From: Candidatus Nomurabacteria bacterium
Lineage (GTDB): Bacteria; Patescibacteriota; Minisyncoccia; Phycocordibacterales; SBAW01
Direction of reading: 5' to 3'
DNA length: 64,000 bases
Assembly (NCBI GenBank): GCA_943348815.1
Contig: CALQYT010000005.1
Location: forward strand, 5,167 to 69,166
Below are positions 1-9,062 of the stretch, in pieces (within the stretch, counting starts at the first letter, position 1; each line of letters opens with the position of its first letter). Below the pieces are notes generated by a model. That model ran no database searches. It saw only the letters and a program-made list of their open reading frames with translations, and was not told where the DNA came from. The position numbers and the translations under genes are program-made.

Positions 1-628
1 GACCCGACTCCAACACGCGCAACTCGTCGTTGACCGCAATGCGCAACGCCTGAAATACTTTGGTCGCCGGATGGATACGCCCGTGGCGGGCGCGGGCGGG
101 CACCGCATCGCGCACCACCTCGGTAAGCTCGACGGTCGTTTCAAACGGTTTGACTTTGCGGCGCTCGACAATGGCTTTAGCAATCCGACGCGCGTAGCGC
201 TCTTCGGCGTAGCCAAAAAATACATCAGCCAAAACTTTTTCGGACCACGTGTTTAACATCTCGGCCGCACTAAAGCCTGAGCGCGGTTCTGGGCTGTAGC
301 TCATGAGCAGTGGCTCGTCGTGCATAAACGAAAATCCGCGACCCGAATCGAGCTGGGTCATATTCCATCCCAAATCAAAAAGTACTTTATTTACCTGCCC
401 GCCGGCAGGCAGGCTTTCTTTCAACAAATTTTTAATGTCGCCAAAATTGCCTTCAATATCTGCTTTAGTGGCAGGGTCAGCATCGATCGAGATTACTTTG
501 ACGCCCGGTTTCTTAAGCGCTTTGGTGTGCCCGCCGCGACCAAAGGTTGCGTCAACCACCAACTCGCCTTTTTTTGGCGCAAGCTGCTCAAGAACCTCGG
601 CCGACATAACTGAGGTGTGCTCTTTCAT
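1..628 (-). CDS. rsmH: 16S rRNA m4C1402 methyltransferase RsmH (runs off the window start)
   Basis: Manual translation MKEHTSVMSAEVLEQL..VVDATFGRGGHT..VLFDLGWN..RIHPATKVFQALRIAVNDEL; ATG overlaps the mraZ stop (TAATG). Confidence 0.95.
   Translation of the reverse strand, partial: MKEHTSVMSAEVLEQLAPKKGELVVDATFGRGGHTKALKKPGVKVISIDADPATKADIEGNFGDIKNLLKESLPAGGQVNKVLFDLGWNMTQLDSGRGFSFMHDEPLLMSYSPEPRSGFSAAEMLNTWSEKVLADVFFGYAEERYARRIAKAIVERRKVKPFETTVELTEVVRDAVPARARHGRIHPATKVFQALRIAVNDELRVLESG
394..413. repeat. CCTGCC-n-GGCAGG palindromic repeat inside rsmH
   Basis: cctgcccgccggcaggcagg; the 23-mer ctgcccgccggcaggcaggcttt recurs on the opposite strand in holB near 17096-17118. Confidence 0.75.
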
Positions 629-1062
629 TACAAAATTCCTAAGTCGCCCAAAGTTTGTGCCATCTGGTCGGCACCGCGCTCAATGCGTTTCTTATATTCG
701 TCCCAAGTCTTCTCGTTCCAGATTTCGACGCGGTCCGAAACGCCGGCTAAGACCACCCGCGAGCGCAAGTTGGCAAAATCTTTTAAAAAGTCGGGGATCA
801 AAATGCGCCCGGCCTGGTCGACCTCAACCTCCACCGCCCCCGCCAACAAAAACCGGCTCATGCCGCGCGTGTCGGCCTGACCGACGGGCAGGTTAGAAAC
901 TTTTTCTGCAATCTTTTTCCACGCCAAAAGTGGAAACATAAAAAGGCAGGCGTCGAGCCCGCGCGTAACGACCACCTTACGACCAACTTCTTTACGAAAT
1001 TTAGCGGGGAGGGAAAGCCTCTTTTTTGGATCAAGCGTGTGTTGGTATTCTCCGATTAGCAT
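628..1062 (-). CDS. mraZ: Division/cell-wall cluster transcriptional repressor MraZ
   Basis: GEYQHTLDPKKRLSLPAKFR and DQAGRILIP motifs; directly upstream of rsmH. Confidence 0.97.
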   Translation of the reverse strand: MLIGEYQHTLDPKKRLSLPAKFRKEVGRKVVVTRGLDACLFMFPLLAWKKIAEKVSNLPVGQADTRGMSRFLLAGAVEVEVDQAGRILIPDFLKDFANLRSRVVLAGVSDRVEIWNEKTWDEYKKRIERGADQMAQTLGDLGIL

Positions 1063-1076
1063 CTGTTTTTTAGATT

Positions 1077-1150
1077 ATCCCACTACATCCCACTAGTAGA
1101 CATTTTAACTCACTTTGCCCCACTTAGGATACACAAGTTATCCCCACTTC
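1077..1150 (-). promoter_or_regulatory. Probable MraZ boxes
   Basis: GTGGG repeats on the minus strand, two in 10-nt register (atcccactac atcccactag), upstream of mraZ. Confidence 0.65.
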
Positions 1151-1186
1151 GACGGGGGAAGTAACCAGACCACACTTTTAGGCTAT

Positions 1187-1215
1187 TTGACAACTCCCCG
1201 GTTTGGGAGTATAGT
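1187..1215 (+). promoter_or_regulatory. sigma70 promoter
   Basis: TTGACA-17 nt-TATAGT. Confidence 0.75.
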
Positions 1216-1273
1216 CTCTCGCGGGAAAGGCGTCATTCGAATTCGCAGGACTTCAAACCTGAGGATCAATCGG

Positions 1274-1465
1274 ATGACCATTCGCTGGCACTTTCGTTCG
1301 CTTCACACCCTTGTCGCTGTGTCGCTTATTGCCGCTTGCGCGGCAGTTGCCATTCACGTGGGCCCGAGGGTCTATCGGGATCTCACGGCGGACTACTACC
1401 GCTTTGGCAATTACGTCATCAAGACATGGCCCGGCGGCAGCGAGGTCTATGAAGCAGTGAACTAA
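1274..1465 (+). CDS. Small orphan membrane/secreted protein (63 aa)
   Basis: GAGG SD, ATG at 1274, one hydrophobic segment, hairpin plus T-run at about 1472-1511. Confidence 0.6.
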   Translation: MTIRWHFRSLHTLVAVSLIAACAAVAIHVGPRVYRDLTADYYRFGNYVIKTWPGGSEVYEAVN

Positions 1466-1629
1466 CTTCCCGAGGGTGCGTCGGCAAAACCGGCGCGCCC
1501 TCATCGTTTTTATACGTGAGGTTATGCACTGTTGGTAATAAAATTTTCCTTGACCCTTCTATGCAATGGGTCTATACCAAAGATAGTGGCGTGCGTGAGT
1601 CCTTTTGAAATAAAGAGGGAATAAAAGAG

Positions 1630-1776
1630 ATGAAAGAAGCAAACTCGCCAACAACAACCAACTGGCGTAGTGACCTTGAGTACACGTTCGGCAAACCCGC
1701 GGTGCGTTGCGGTATCTGGATTATCTCTCTCACCCCTCTTGTGGCGATTGTCCTGGCCGCGCTTTGGTTTGCCTAA
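1630..1776 (+). CDS. Small orphan protein with C-terminal TM helix (48 aa; absent from the ORF track)
   Basis: MKEANSPTTTNWRSDLEYTFGKPAVRCGIWIISLTPLVAIVLAALWFA; TTGACC-17-TATACC at 1550-1578, GAGGG upstream, hairpin tagcccatattcgtgtgggcta downstream. Confidence 0.55.
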   Translation: MKEANSPTTTNWRSDLEYTFGKPAVRCGIWIISLTPLVAIVLAALWFA

Positions 1777-1824
1777 AGCGCCGCGACGAGAATTGTCACG
1801 AAGAGTAGCCCATATTCGTGTGGG

Positions 1825-3345
1825 CTATTTTGATGCCTCTTCCAAACGTTTAACCACAAACTCTTTTGGTAGAGACGAAAGAAACCATCCGGCCTTGGGG
1901 CCGTGGTCCTTACCAAAAAATGCCAAATAGATTGCCTTAAACTCTTTTAGCTCATGCAGTTTGCTATGTAGGTCTTCCCCACTAGGCATTGTTTCAAATA
2001 CTACGATATATCGTAGTATTTCTTGTAGCGCTTTTTTCTGGACATCAGTTAGATTTTTTGCAACGTCGGGCAAAGTTTCTTGCAGTTTGAAAACATATTT
2101 CTCCGGCGCGTACGCCTCGAGCCATTTTTTGGCATAGGCGGCGCGCTCGTCTAACTCGGCACGGTCGGCGTTGGGGAATTCTTTATACAAATCCATGTGC
2201 GGCATCTGCACCATAAACGCTACCTGGCTAAAACGCGGCGGCACCGAGCGCGTTGGTATCTTGCGCTCTGGGTGGATCATTTCAAACAGCCGGGCATAAT
2301 CGTCCTTGGCATTTGACCAGTAACTTTCTGCCAGTTTGTCGTATTGGTCATACAAAACAGGTATCGAGTCCCCTTCCGGATCAAAGTTTCGCTGCTGCGT
2401 TATATCCTTACCAATGAGGGACAATCTAAACATCTTAGGCGGCAGAAGCTCAAAGATCGAACGCGCCGTGCTACCAAGGCCTTTGGACGAGGATATTTTT
2501 TTACCCCCAACCAAAAAGAATTCGTGTGCGACGAAGAACGGCGTCTCGTACTTGAAAACTTCGCGCGAGACATGATCGGCAACCTCGTGAGCTCCACCCT
2601 TGGTTGAGTGATCTTTACCGCCGCCTTCTACCTCTATTCCGCGCGCCTTCCATTTGGCTGCCCATTCGACCTTCCATGGCAATTTACCCCTGCCACCAAA
2701 CGGAGAGAGTCTGCCTTTGTAACCGCAACCGTTTGTGTACTTTACTTTATCTGGACGACAAAATACTTGCACTGTCTCGCCGTCAAAATCAGAAGCTTCG
2801 GTGGTTGCTATTTTTCCACAAGTTGGGCATTTCATCAGGATAGGGAGCCACTCACCCTCTCTCACCCCGCCAGATACTTCTTTATAAATGCGGCGGATCT
2901 CATCGGCACCGAGCAGCGCTTCGCGGATAACCCCATCCATTTTGCCCGAAAGATACCAGTCACTACTAAAATCAAAAATTGGATTAAAGCCCGTGCCTTT
3001 TATTACTTCGCGAAAATCATTCGCAAAATACTCAGCGTAATTCTTGGCGCTCTCGTCGGGAGATGGAACATCCCGCAGTGACTTAGCCAGGTGTGGCTCA
3101 AGATTTTTCCCCGCCAGATAGACGGGAATGCCATCAAAGGCGTCCATATCATTAAACTCAAAGTAATACGTGTTGGGTACATTCCTATCCGCAAGCGCCT
3201 CGCCGATGATGCCATGCATCGCGGCACTGAGCATTGAGCCAATGTGGGCAAAACCCGACATGGTCTTTTCATCACGAATAACCACCGGCCCTTTAGGGCC
3301 AAAGCGGTTCATCACCTCTTGTGCAATACGGTCTGCCCAAAACAT
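1825..3345 (-). CDS. lysS: Class I lysyl-tRNA synthetase
   Basis: MFWAD..SGFAHIGS, CPTCGK, GKLPWKVEWAAKW, GGKDH, KISSSKG. Confidence 0.96.
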   Translation of the reverse strand: MFWADRIAQEVMNRFGPKGPVVIRDEKTMSGFAHIGSMLSAAMHGIIGEALADRNVPNTYYFEFNDMDAFDGIPVYLAGKNLEPHLAKSLRDVPSPDESAKNYAEYFANDFREVIKGTGFNPIFDFSSDWYLSGKMDGVIREALLGADEIRRIYKEVSGGVREGEWLPILMKCPTCGKIATTEASDFDGETVQVFCRPDKVKYTNGCGYKGRLSPFGGRGKLPWKVEWAAKWKARGIEVEGGGKDHSTKGGAHEVADHVSREVFKYETPFFVAHEFFLVGGKKISSSKGLGSTARSIFELLPPKMFRLSLIGKDITQQRNFDPEGDSIPVLYDQYDKLAESYWSNAKDDYARLFEMIHPERKIPTRSVPPRFSQVAFMVQMPHMDLYKEFPNADRAELDERAAYAKKWLEAYAPEKYVFKLQETLPDVAKNLTDVQKKALQEILRYIVVFETMPSGEDLHSKLHELKEFKAIYLAFFGKDHGPKAGWFLSSLPKEFVVKRLEEASK

Positions 3346-3476
3346 TCTGCTTATTGTAGCCTAAGTGGGCTTAATTTTCTCTCTTCGCAGATTCTTGACA
3401 TCTTCATTTTAGTGTGCGAATGTGTGTCTGACAGCGGGGATCTCCCCCTGTTCGACCATCAACAGGAGTACGCACC

Positions 3477-3881
3477 TTGAAGACAGCTACCTCTTCTGCC
3501 AAAGGCATCAACGGCCAAGGCACCAATGGTCATCCCAAAGCCGGCTTGTTGGCTGGGACTGCGCTGCGCTCGCAAAAGCCGCGGAAGGCGGCCACTAGCG
3601 GCAAAAGAAAATCCACCTCGGTCGACAAACACATCGGCGGCCGTGTCCGCATGCGGCGCGAAGAGCTCGGCATGAGCCAGAAAAAACTTGGCAATGCCAT
3701 CGGGGTCGAATATCAACAGATCCAGAAGTACGAGCTCGGCAACAACCGGCTCCCCATCAGCCGCCTGCTCCAGATCGGGCTGGCCTTGAAGGACACGCCG
3801 ATCACCTTCTTCACCGAAGGAGCGACGGATCTGCTCAAGCCGGCGGCCGGTACCCAGGGCGACAAAAAGCCCACCACCTAG
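3477..3881 (+). CDS. XRE-family HTH regulator, alphaproteobacterial style, with basic N-terminal tail
   Basis: VDKHIGGRVRMRREELGMSQKKLGNAIGVEYQQIQKYELGNNR; AGGAG SD before TTG; TTGACA at 3395. Confidence 0.85.
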   Translation: MKTATSSAKGINGQGTNGHPKAGLLAGTALRSQKPRKAATSGKRKSTSVDKHIGGRVRMRREELGMSQKKLGNAIGVEYQQIQKYELGNNRLPISRLLQIGLALKDTPITFFTEGATDLLKPAAGTQGDKKPTT

Positions 3882-3905
3882 TTCCTCGAGACATCACGAA
3901 ATGCA

Positions 3906-3942
3906 GCGCCCCGGACCTTCGATGGTCTGGGGCGTTTTGTTT
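3906..3942 (+). terminator. Intrinsic terminator
   Basis: gcgccccggacc..ggtctggggcgt followed by T-rich run. Confidence 0.7.
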
Positions 3943-3977
3943 ATACAAATCAACACAATTTCTATATTTTGGTAGTC

Positions 3978-4006
3978 TTGACAAATATGCTTTTATAGAT
4001 TATAGT
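3978..4006 (+). promoter_or_regulatory. sigma70 promoter
   Basis: TTGACA-17 nt-TATAGT. Confidence 0.8.
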
Positions 4007-4066
4007 TGAAGGTGGTAATCCGGCGCAGCACGCGTCTGGATCAAGCACCCTAAGGGGGATTTTGAC

Positions 4067-4740
4067 ATGCGTACTACTTTCAGCCTCGCTGCTCTCGCTC
4101 TGGCGGCCGCTTTCTTCTCGACTGCGGCGACTGCCCAGAATCTGCCCTACAAGGTCGCACCGACCGGCTACGACTGGAACAACTGGTACATCGGCGGCAG
4201 CGTCGGTGGCAGCTTCGCCAAGCTCGTCACAGAGCCAAGCGACCCGGTCGACTCCCTGAAACCGAATACGATCAATCTCGGCATTCAGGTTGGCAAGAAC
4301 TGGCGGCCCAGATCAACCTCGGCAAGGGCACTCGGGTCACCTCGGATCCCTTCTTTACGTTGACCGAGACGACCCAGATCCCCTACCAGGGGACGGTATT
4401 GGGCCGCATCGGTGTGTTGCCGACACCGAACATGTATGTCTACATCGGTGCCGGCGTGAGCCTGGCGCAGGTGACGCAGACAGCGCGCTTCGACGACATC
4501 TTCGGCTTTGCAGGCTGGACCAAGAGTACCAGCATTGCGGCCGGCCCGACCGGTGTGATCGGTCTGGAATTTAAACTCCCGGCCGGCTGGTCGCTCGATA
4601 CCCGCTACCAGGCCACGGACTTCTTCATGTCCAAGACCACCTCAGGATGCTCGTTCTGCGGCCCCGACTTTACGTCGAAGAGCAGCATCGTCCAGCACAC
4701 CTTCAAGGTCGGTTTCAACAAGGCCATCCGCGGCGAGTAA
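4067..4740 (+). pseudogene. Omp25/Omp31/RopB-like outer-membrane beta-barrel, frameshifted near 4305
   Basis: Signal peptide, NLPYKVAP..YDWNNWYIGGSVGG..LGIQVGKNW, then another frame AQINLGKG..GRIGV..YVYIGAGV..HTFKVGFN; about one beta-strand appears to be missing at the junction. Confidence 0.75.
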
Positions 4741-4825
4741 CCGCGGCCGGCAAGTCCTTCAGTACAAAAAAAGAAACGGCAGCGCTCCCAGGATCACAAC
4801 CTGGGAGCGAATTGTTTATGCGGAG

Positions 4826-5287
4826 CTACTCGACCTTCAAAATTTTATATTTTTGCGTGCCGCGGGGGGTGTGGAAGGAAAATTCATCCCCTTTCTTTTT
4901 GCCCATCAATGCCGCGCCAAGCGGCGAGTGATACGAAACCTTGCCTTGCAAAATATCAGCCTCTTCGGCACCCACAATAGTGTAGGTATGTTTATCGTCT
5001 CCGCCAATTTTTTGTACCGATACCGTGGCGCCCATCCCAACCGTATCGCTTTTGCCCACGCGGATTATTTTGGCGTTTTTTAAAATACTTTCGAGTTTGC
5101 CGATGCGCTCCTCTACCGCGGCCTGCATCTCGCGCGCTTCTTGATACTCGGCGTTTTCAGAAAGGTCGCCCAGGCTGCGTGCGTACTCCAGTTGCTCGGC
5201 AACTTCTTTGCGACGGGTGGTGCGGAGTTCGTCGAGCTCTTTGGTTAACTCTTCAAATTTCTCTTGCGAGATTAGTTCTTCGGTCAT
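4826..5287 (-). CDS. greA: Transcription elongation factor GreA
   Basis: GDLSENAEYQEARE and SPLGAALMGKK; start refined to MTEEL. Confidence 0.97.
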   Translation of the reverse strand: MTEELISQEKFEELTKELDELRTTRRKEVAEQLEYARSLGDLSENAEYQEAREMQAAVEERIGKLESILKNAKIIRVGKSDTVGMGATVSVQKIGGDDKHTYTIVGAEEADILQGKVSYHSPLGAALMGKKKGDEFSFHTPRGTQKYKILKVE

Positions 5288-5330
5288 TGAGACATCAGTG
5301 TATAGGAAGAAAGAATTATTGCAAGCCTGC

Positions 5331-7004
5331 CTAGTCGGCAAACAGGTACTGCGGCGCATTGGCATTAAGCCAGGTAAAAAAATCACTCATTACGGCCGAT
5401 CCACCTATCGTGGTACCAGCCGGAAGATGCTCTAACACCACCGCATACGCGTAGTGCGGATTTTCGTACGGCCAAAAACCGATCATCCACGCGTTTTGCG
5501 CTTCGTTGTGCAGACCAATCTGCGCCGTGCCGGTCTTGGCCGCCACGTGTACAAAGGGAAAATTGATTGCGGTGGCAATGCCTACGGTTACTCCTTGCCG
5601 CATCCCCTCGCGCGCCACCTGCAGTGCATGCGCATCAATAGACACGGTTGTGCCTTGTGGTGTCGATGAAGCCACCAAGGTGGGTGTAAGCAGCGTTCCA
5701 CCATTGGCGATCGTTGCGGCCATGCGCACGGCCTGCAGCGGCGTAATCAGCGTGCCATACTGCCCTATTGCCGTGTGGTAGGTGTCGCCGATGCGCCAGG
5801 TTGGGTCGTCGGGGAAGTTTTCTGCCTTCCACTCCGGCGTGGGGATAGTGCCGCCGACTTCAGAAAATCCGCTGAGCCCCGCATCGTGCCCTAACCCAAA
5901 GCGCTGCAAATAATCGTCAATCCGGCTAATACCGAGCCCCGGCTGATTTTGAAACCCGCCGCCCACTTCATAAAAATAAACGTCGCACGAAACGGCAATA
6001 GCATCGCGTGCGTCGACCCACCCGTTGACGCGCCAGTCTTTAAAAATCGACGGCTGGTCCGGGTTGTACGGGTTGGGCAATACGAGTTTGCCGGTCGAAA
6101 GAATTTTGGTGTACTCGTCGATTACCTTTTCATTAATAGCTGCGGCGGCCATGAGCGGTTTAACAATCGATCCCGGCGCGTACAAGCCGTCGGTCGCACG
6201 ATTTAAAAACGGCAGACGCTTGTCGGCATTGTAGGCGGCTATCGATGCGGAGTTGCCGCCGCTGAGTGCCGTCGACGAATATTCTGGGAAACTCGTAAGC
6301 GCCAGAAGCTCGCCCGTGCGCACATCCATCACGACACCCGCCGCGCCGGTCGCGTGCGCATCCGTTGCACGCGTCGCCAAGACGCTATAGAGCCCTTGCG
6401 AAACCCGTGCGTCGACCGAAAGTGTGAGTTTGCCTCCAGCCTGAGGCGGGGTGACTTTGGACTCCGAAACTACTTTGCCGCGCGCATCGGTTTCGGTAAG
6501 CGTCAAACCATTTTGCCCGGCGAGCGTCGTGTCAAATGCTTTTTCTGCGCCATCGACACCCAAAAACGTGTTGCGAAAATAAAATCCGGCCGAGTCTTTG
6601 GCGGGCGGCTTAACATACCCCACGACATGCGACACTCCTTGATAGTCGGAGTACACGCGCTGCGCAAACTCGTCGGTGGAGGTTGCTCCCCCGCGCTCGT
6701 TCCACGCCAGGGGCCGCCCCGTGCGGTCTACAATGGTGCCGCGGTCGGCAATGATCGTCGTCTGTTCAAGCTGATTCTCCCGTGCCTGTTTAGCATAGGC
6801 CGTGCCTTGTAAAAGCTGGAGGTCGCTTGCGCGTGCTAAAAGTAAAAGTCCTAAGAGCACCAACACCGCCGCTGCGCCGGCAAAGCGTCCGGGCGAAAGT
6901 GGCTTTTCGATTCGGCCCTCAAACTGGTCGCGGTCAAACTTTGCGCTATTTTCCGAATCGAGCAAAATCTCGTCGGGAAAAATTTCCGGCGAGCGCTCTT
7001 TCAT
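5331..7004 (-). CDS. mrdA: Penicillin-binding protein 2 (class B transpeptidase)
   Basis: RGTIVDR, PGSIVKP (SxxK), SCD, KTGTAQ; in the mreBC operon. Confidence 0.9.
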   Translation of the reverse strand: MKERSPEIFPDEILLDSENSAKFDRDQFEGRIEKPLSPGRFAGAAAVLVLLGLLLLARASDLQLLQGTAYAKQARENQLEQTTIIADRGTIVDRTGRPLAWNERGGATSTDEFAQRVYSDYQGVSHVVGYVKPPAKDSAGFYFRNTFLGVDGAEKAFDTTLAGQNGLTLTETDARGKVVSESKVTPPQAGGKLTLSVDARVSQGLYSVLATRATDAHATGAAGVVMDVRTGELLALTSFPEYSSTALSGGNSASIAAYNADKRLPFLNRATDGLYAPGSIVKPLMAAAAINEKVIDEYTKILSTGKLVLPNPYNPDQPSIFKDWRVNGWVDARDAIAVSCDVYFYEVGGGFQNQPGLGISRIDDYLQRFGLGHDAGLSGFSEVGGTIPTPEWKAENFPDDPTWRIGDTYHTAIGQYGTLITPLQAVRMAATIANGGTLLTPTLVASSTPQGTTVSIDAHALQVAREGMRQGVTVGIATAINFPFVHVAAKTGTAQIGLHNEAQNAWMIGFWPYENPHYAYAVVLEHLPAGTTIGGSAVMSDFFTWLNANAPQYLFAD

Positions 7005-7297
7005 AACGTCTCGCGCGGATTAGAATCGATGACAAACCGTTTGCCCCAAAGATGTGCGAGCGTGCCTACAAGTGCAAAAATAGTAACGGGGAAATAAAAA
7101 TAGGCGGCCGTGCCGGTGGGCGCGCCCCACGCGATGTCGAGCAGGAGTGCTAGACAAACCCCAAATACAAAACGGCCGGAGAGGGTTGCTACTGCCACGC
7201 CGATTATTGCCACCGGCCACAGCGGGATAAGAAACCCGGCCGCCGCAAGCACAAACGTGGTGGCATATATCCATCGGCTGGCGGCGTTGGGTATCAT
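7001..7297 (-). CDS. Small membrane protein at the mreD position
   Basis: Three hydrophobic segments, between mreC and PBP2. Confidence 0.65.
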   Translation of the reverse strand: MIPNAASRWIYATTFVLAAAGFLIPLWPVAIIGVAVATLSGRFVFGVCLALLLDIAWGAPTGTAAYFYFPVTIFALVGTLAHLWGKRFVIDSNPRETL

Positions 7298-8019
7298 GGT
7301 TTTATAATTTCGACATACCGGAGCTCAAACACATTCGCCGGTTCTTGAAAGTATAACGCCACAAACGAGTCGCTTTCGCCGGCACCGACGCCCACTACCT
7401 CTGCTACCAACCCACCCGCAATGCCCGGCAGTACTGCCTGGTCGCCTACCGTCGCTATGGTGGCTGCCGGCACCTGTGCGCGCAGCGAACCCCCACCTTG
7501 GCCCTCTAACTCGAGTGGCAGCGTACCGTGGGCCGTCGTGAGTAGCGCCTGATACTTTTGCCCGGGGGCCGAAAAAAGCGTCACGCGCGCCGTATGCGTG
7601 TATACCTGGGCGACCGTGCCAAGAATGCGCGTACCGCCAGCCGACACCAACGCGCCTTCCGCAACCCCCTCCGCAGAGCCCGCATCAACGACCAGGGTGT
7701 CGTAGGGGGTTGCGGGCGGGCGGGAAAGCACGCCCGCCAACACGCGCATGCCTTCGACCTCCGGACGGCCGAGGCGCGCCTTCAAATCTTTATTTTCCGC
7801 CGCAAGGGCGGCATACTCGGCGCTTGTTTCAAGCGAGGGGTTGGCACTCGCAAATCGCCACTGCATAAGCGGCGTCACGAGTTGCCACCAGGCGGCACTA
7901 AGCGGCCCACGCAAAAATATCGCCAACAAAATAACCAGCACGACTACACCGGCAAGCCACCAACCGCCCGAGCCACGCTTACCTCGTCTGCTATAAATCT
8001 GAGCGTTATTGAATGTCAT
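7294..8019 (-). CDS. mreC: Rod shape-determining protein MreC
   Basis: TM, coiled coil LAAENKDLKARL, YDTLVVDAGSAEGV; follows mreB. Confidence 0.9.
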   Translation of the reverse strand: MTFNNAQIYSRRGKRGSGGWWLAGVVVLVILLAIFLRGPLSAAWWQLVTPLMQWRFASANPSLETSAEYAALAAENKDLKARLGRPEVEGMRVLAGVLSRPPATPYDTLVVDAGSAEGVAEGALVSAGGTRILGTVAQVYTHTARVTLFSAPGQKYQALLTTAHGTLPLELEGQGGGSLRAQVPAATIATVGDQAVLPGIAGGLVAEVVGVGAGESDSFVALYFQEPANVFELRYVEIIKP

Positions 8020-9061
8020 CGTCGTGCTCGGAGAGCATATCGCGATACAGCTCGAAGTTCTCCAAAATTACTCCGGTCCCACGCGCCACCGCCGTCAGCG
8101 GATCGTCGGCTACTACCACTGGTACCTTGAGCCACTCAGCCAATAGTGCGTCGAGCCCTTTGAGCAGCGCGCCGCCACCCGTGAGTACTATCCCTGAGCG
8201 CATAATGTCAGAAAGGATTTCGGGCGGGGTTGTTTCAAGCACCTCGCGCACCGACTCTATGAGCGTGTCGATCGACTGCGATATCGCCTCGCGCACATCG
8301 GCATCGGTAATAATAATCTCGCGCGGCAAACCGGTAATTAAATCGCGCCCGCGGATCGCCGCCTCCAAATGCCCTGCGCCTTCGGCTACCGAACCTATGG
8401 CGATTTTGACCGACTCGGCTGTTTTTTCGCCAATCAAAATTTTAAAGGCCGAACGGACATACGAAACAATATCTTGGTTGAGTTTTTCCCCGGCGATCCG
8501 CAAATTTTTAGAGCGTACAATCCCCCCGAGCGAAAGTACCGCGATGTCCGTGTTGCCGCCGCCAATATCGACGATCATCGATCCCACCGCTTCGCGTATA
8601 GGCAAACGCACTCCCAGGGCTGCGGCGATGGGCTCTTCGACAATATAAACCTCGCGCGCACCGGCGTTTTGTGCGGCGTCTTTAACCGCGCGCATCTCGA
8701 CGTTGGTAATCCCACTCGGCACCCCAATCACGACGCGCGGTCCGAGCATCTTTTTAGACATCGCTTGGGCGCGATTCATCAAGTACGAAAGCATCTCTTC
8801 GGTCGCCTCAAAGTCTGACACCACCCCATCAACCAGCGGCTTAACCGCGACCAGGTGTGCGGGCGTGCGGCCCAACATTTGCCGTGCGGCAGTCCCTACT
8901 GCAACCACCTGTCCCGTCTTTTGGTTGATCGCGACCACTGAAGGTTCGGTCACGACAATTCCCTTGCCACGCAAGTAGACCAGCGTATTGGCCGTGCCGA
9001 GGTCAACCCCGATATCGTTAGAAACCAGCGGAGAAAACTTTTTTTGAAATCTGCTCCACAT
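8006..9061 (-). CDS. mreB: Actin-like MreB
   Basis: IGVDLGTANT, EEPIAAALG, IVDIGGG, LTGGGALL. Confidence 0.95.
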   Translation of the reverse strand: MWSRFQKKFSPLVSNDIGVDLGTANTLVYLRGKGIVVTEPSVVAINQKTGQVVAVGTAARQMLGRTPAHLVAVKPLVDGVVSDFEATEEMLSYLMNRAQAMSKKMLGPRVVIGVPSGITNVEMRAVKDAAQNAGAREVYIVEEPIAAALGVRLPIREAVGSMIVDIGGGNTDIAVLSLGGIVRSKNLRIAGEKLNQDIVSYVRSAFKILIGEKTAESVKIAIGSVAEGAGHLEAAIRGRDLITGLPREIIITDADVREAISQSIDTLIESVREVLETTPPEILSDIMRSGIVLTGGGALLKGLDALLAEWLKVPVVVADDPLTAVARGTGVILENFELYRDMLSEHDDDIQ

Positions 9062-9062
9062 T

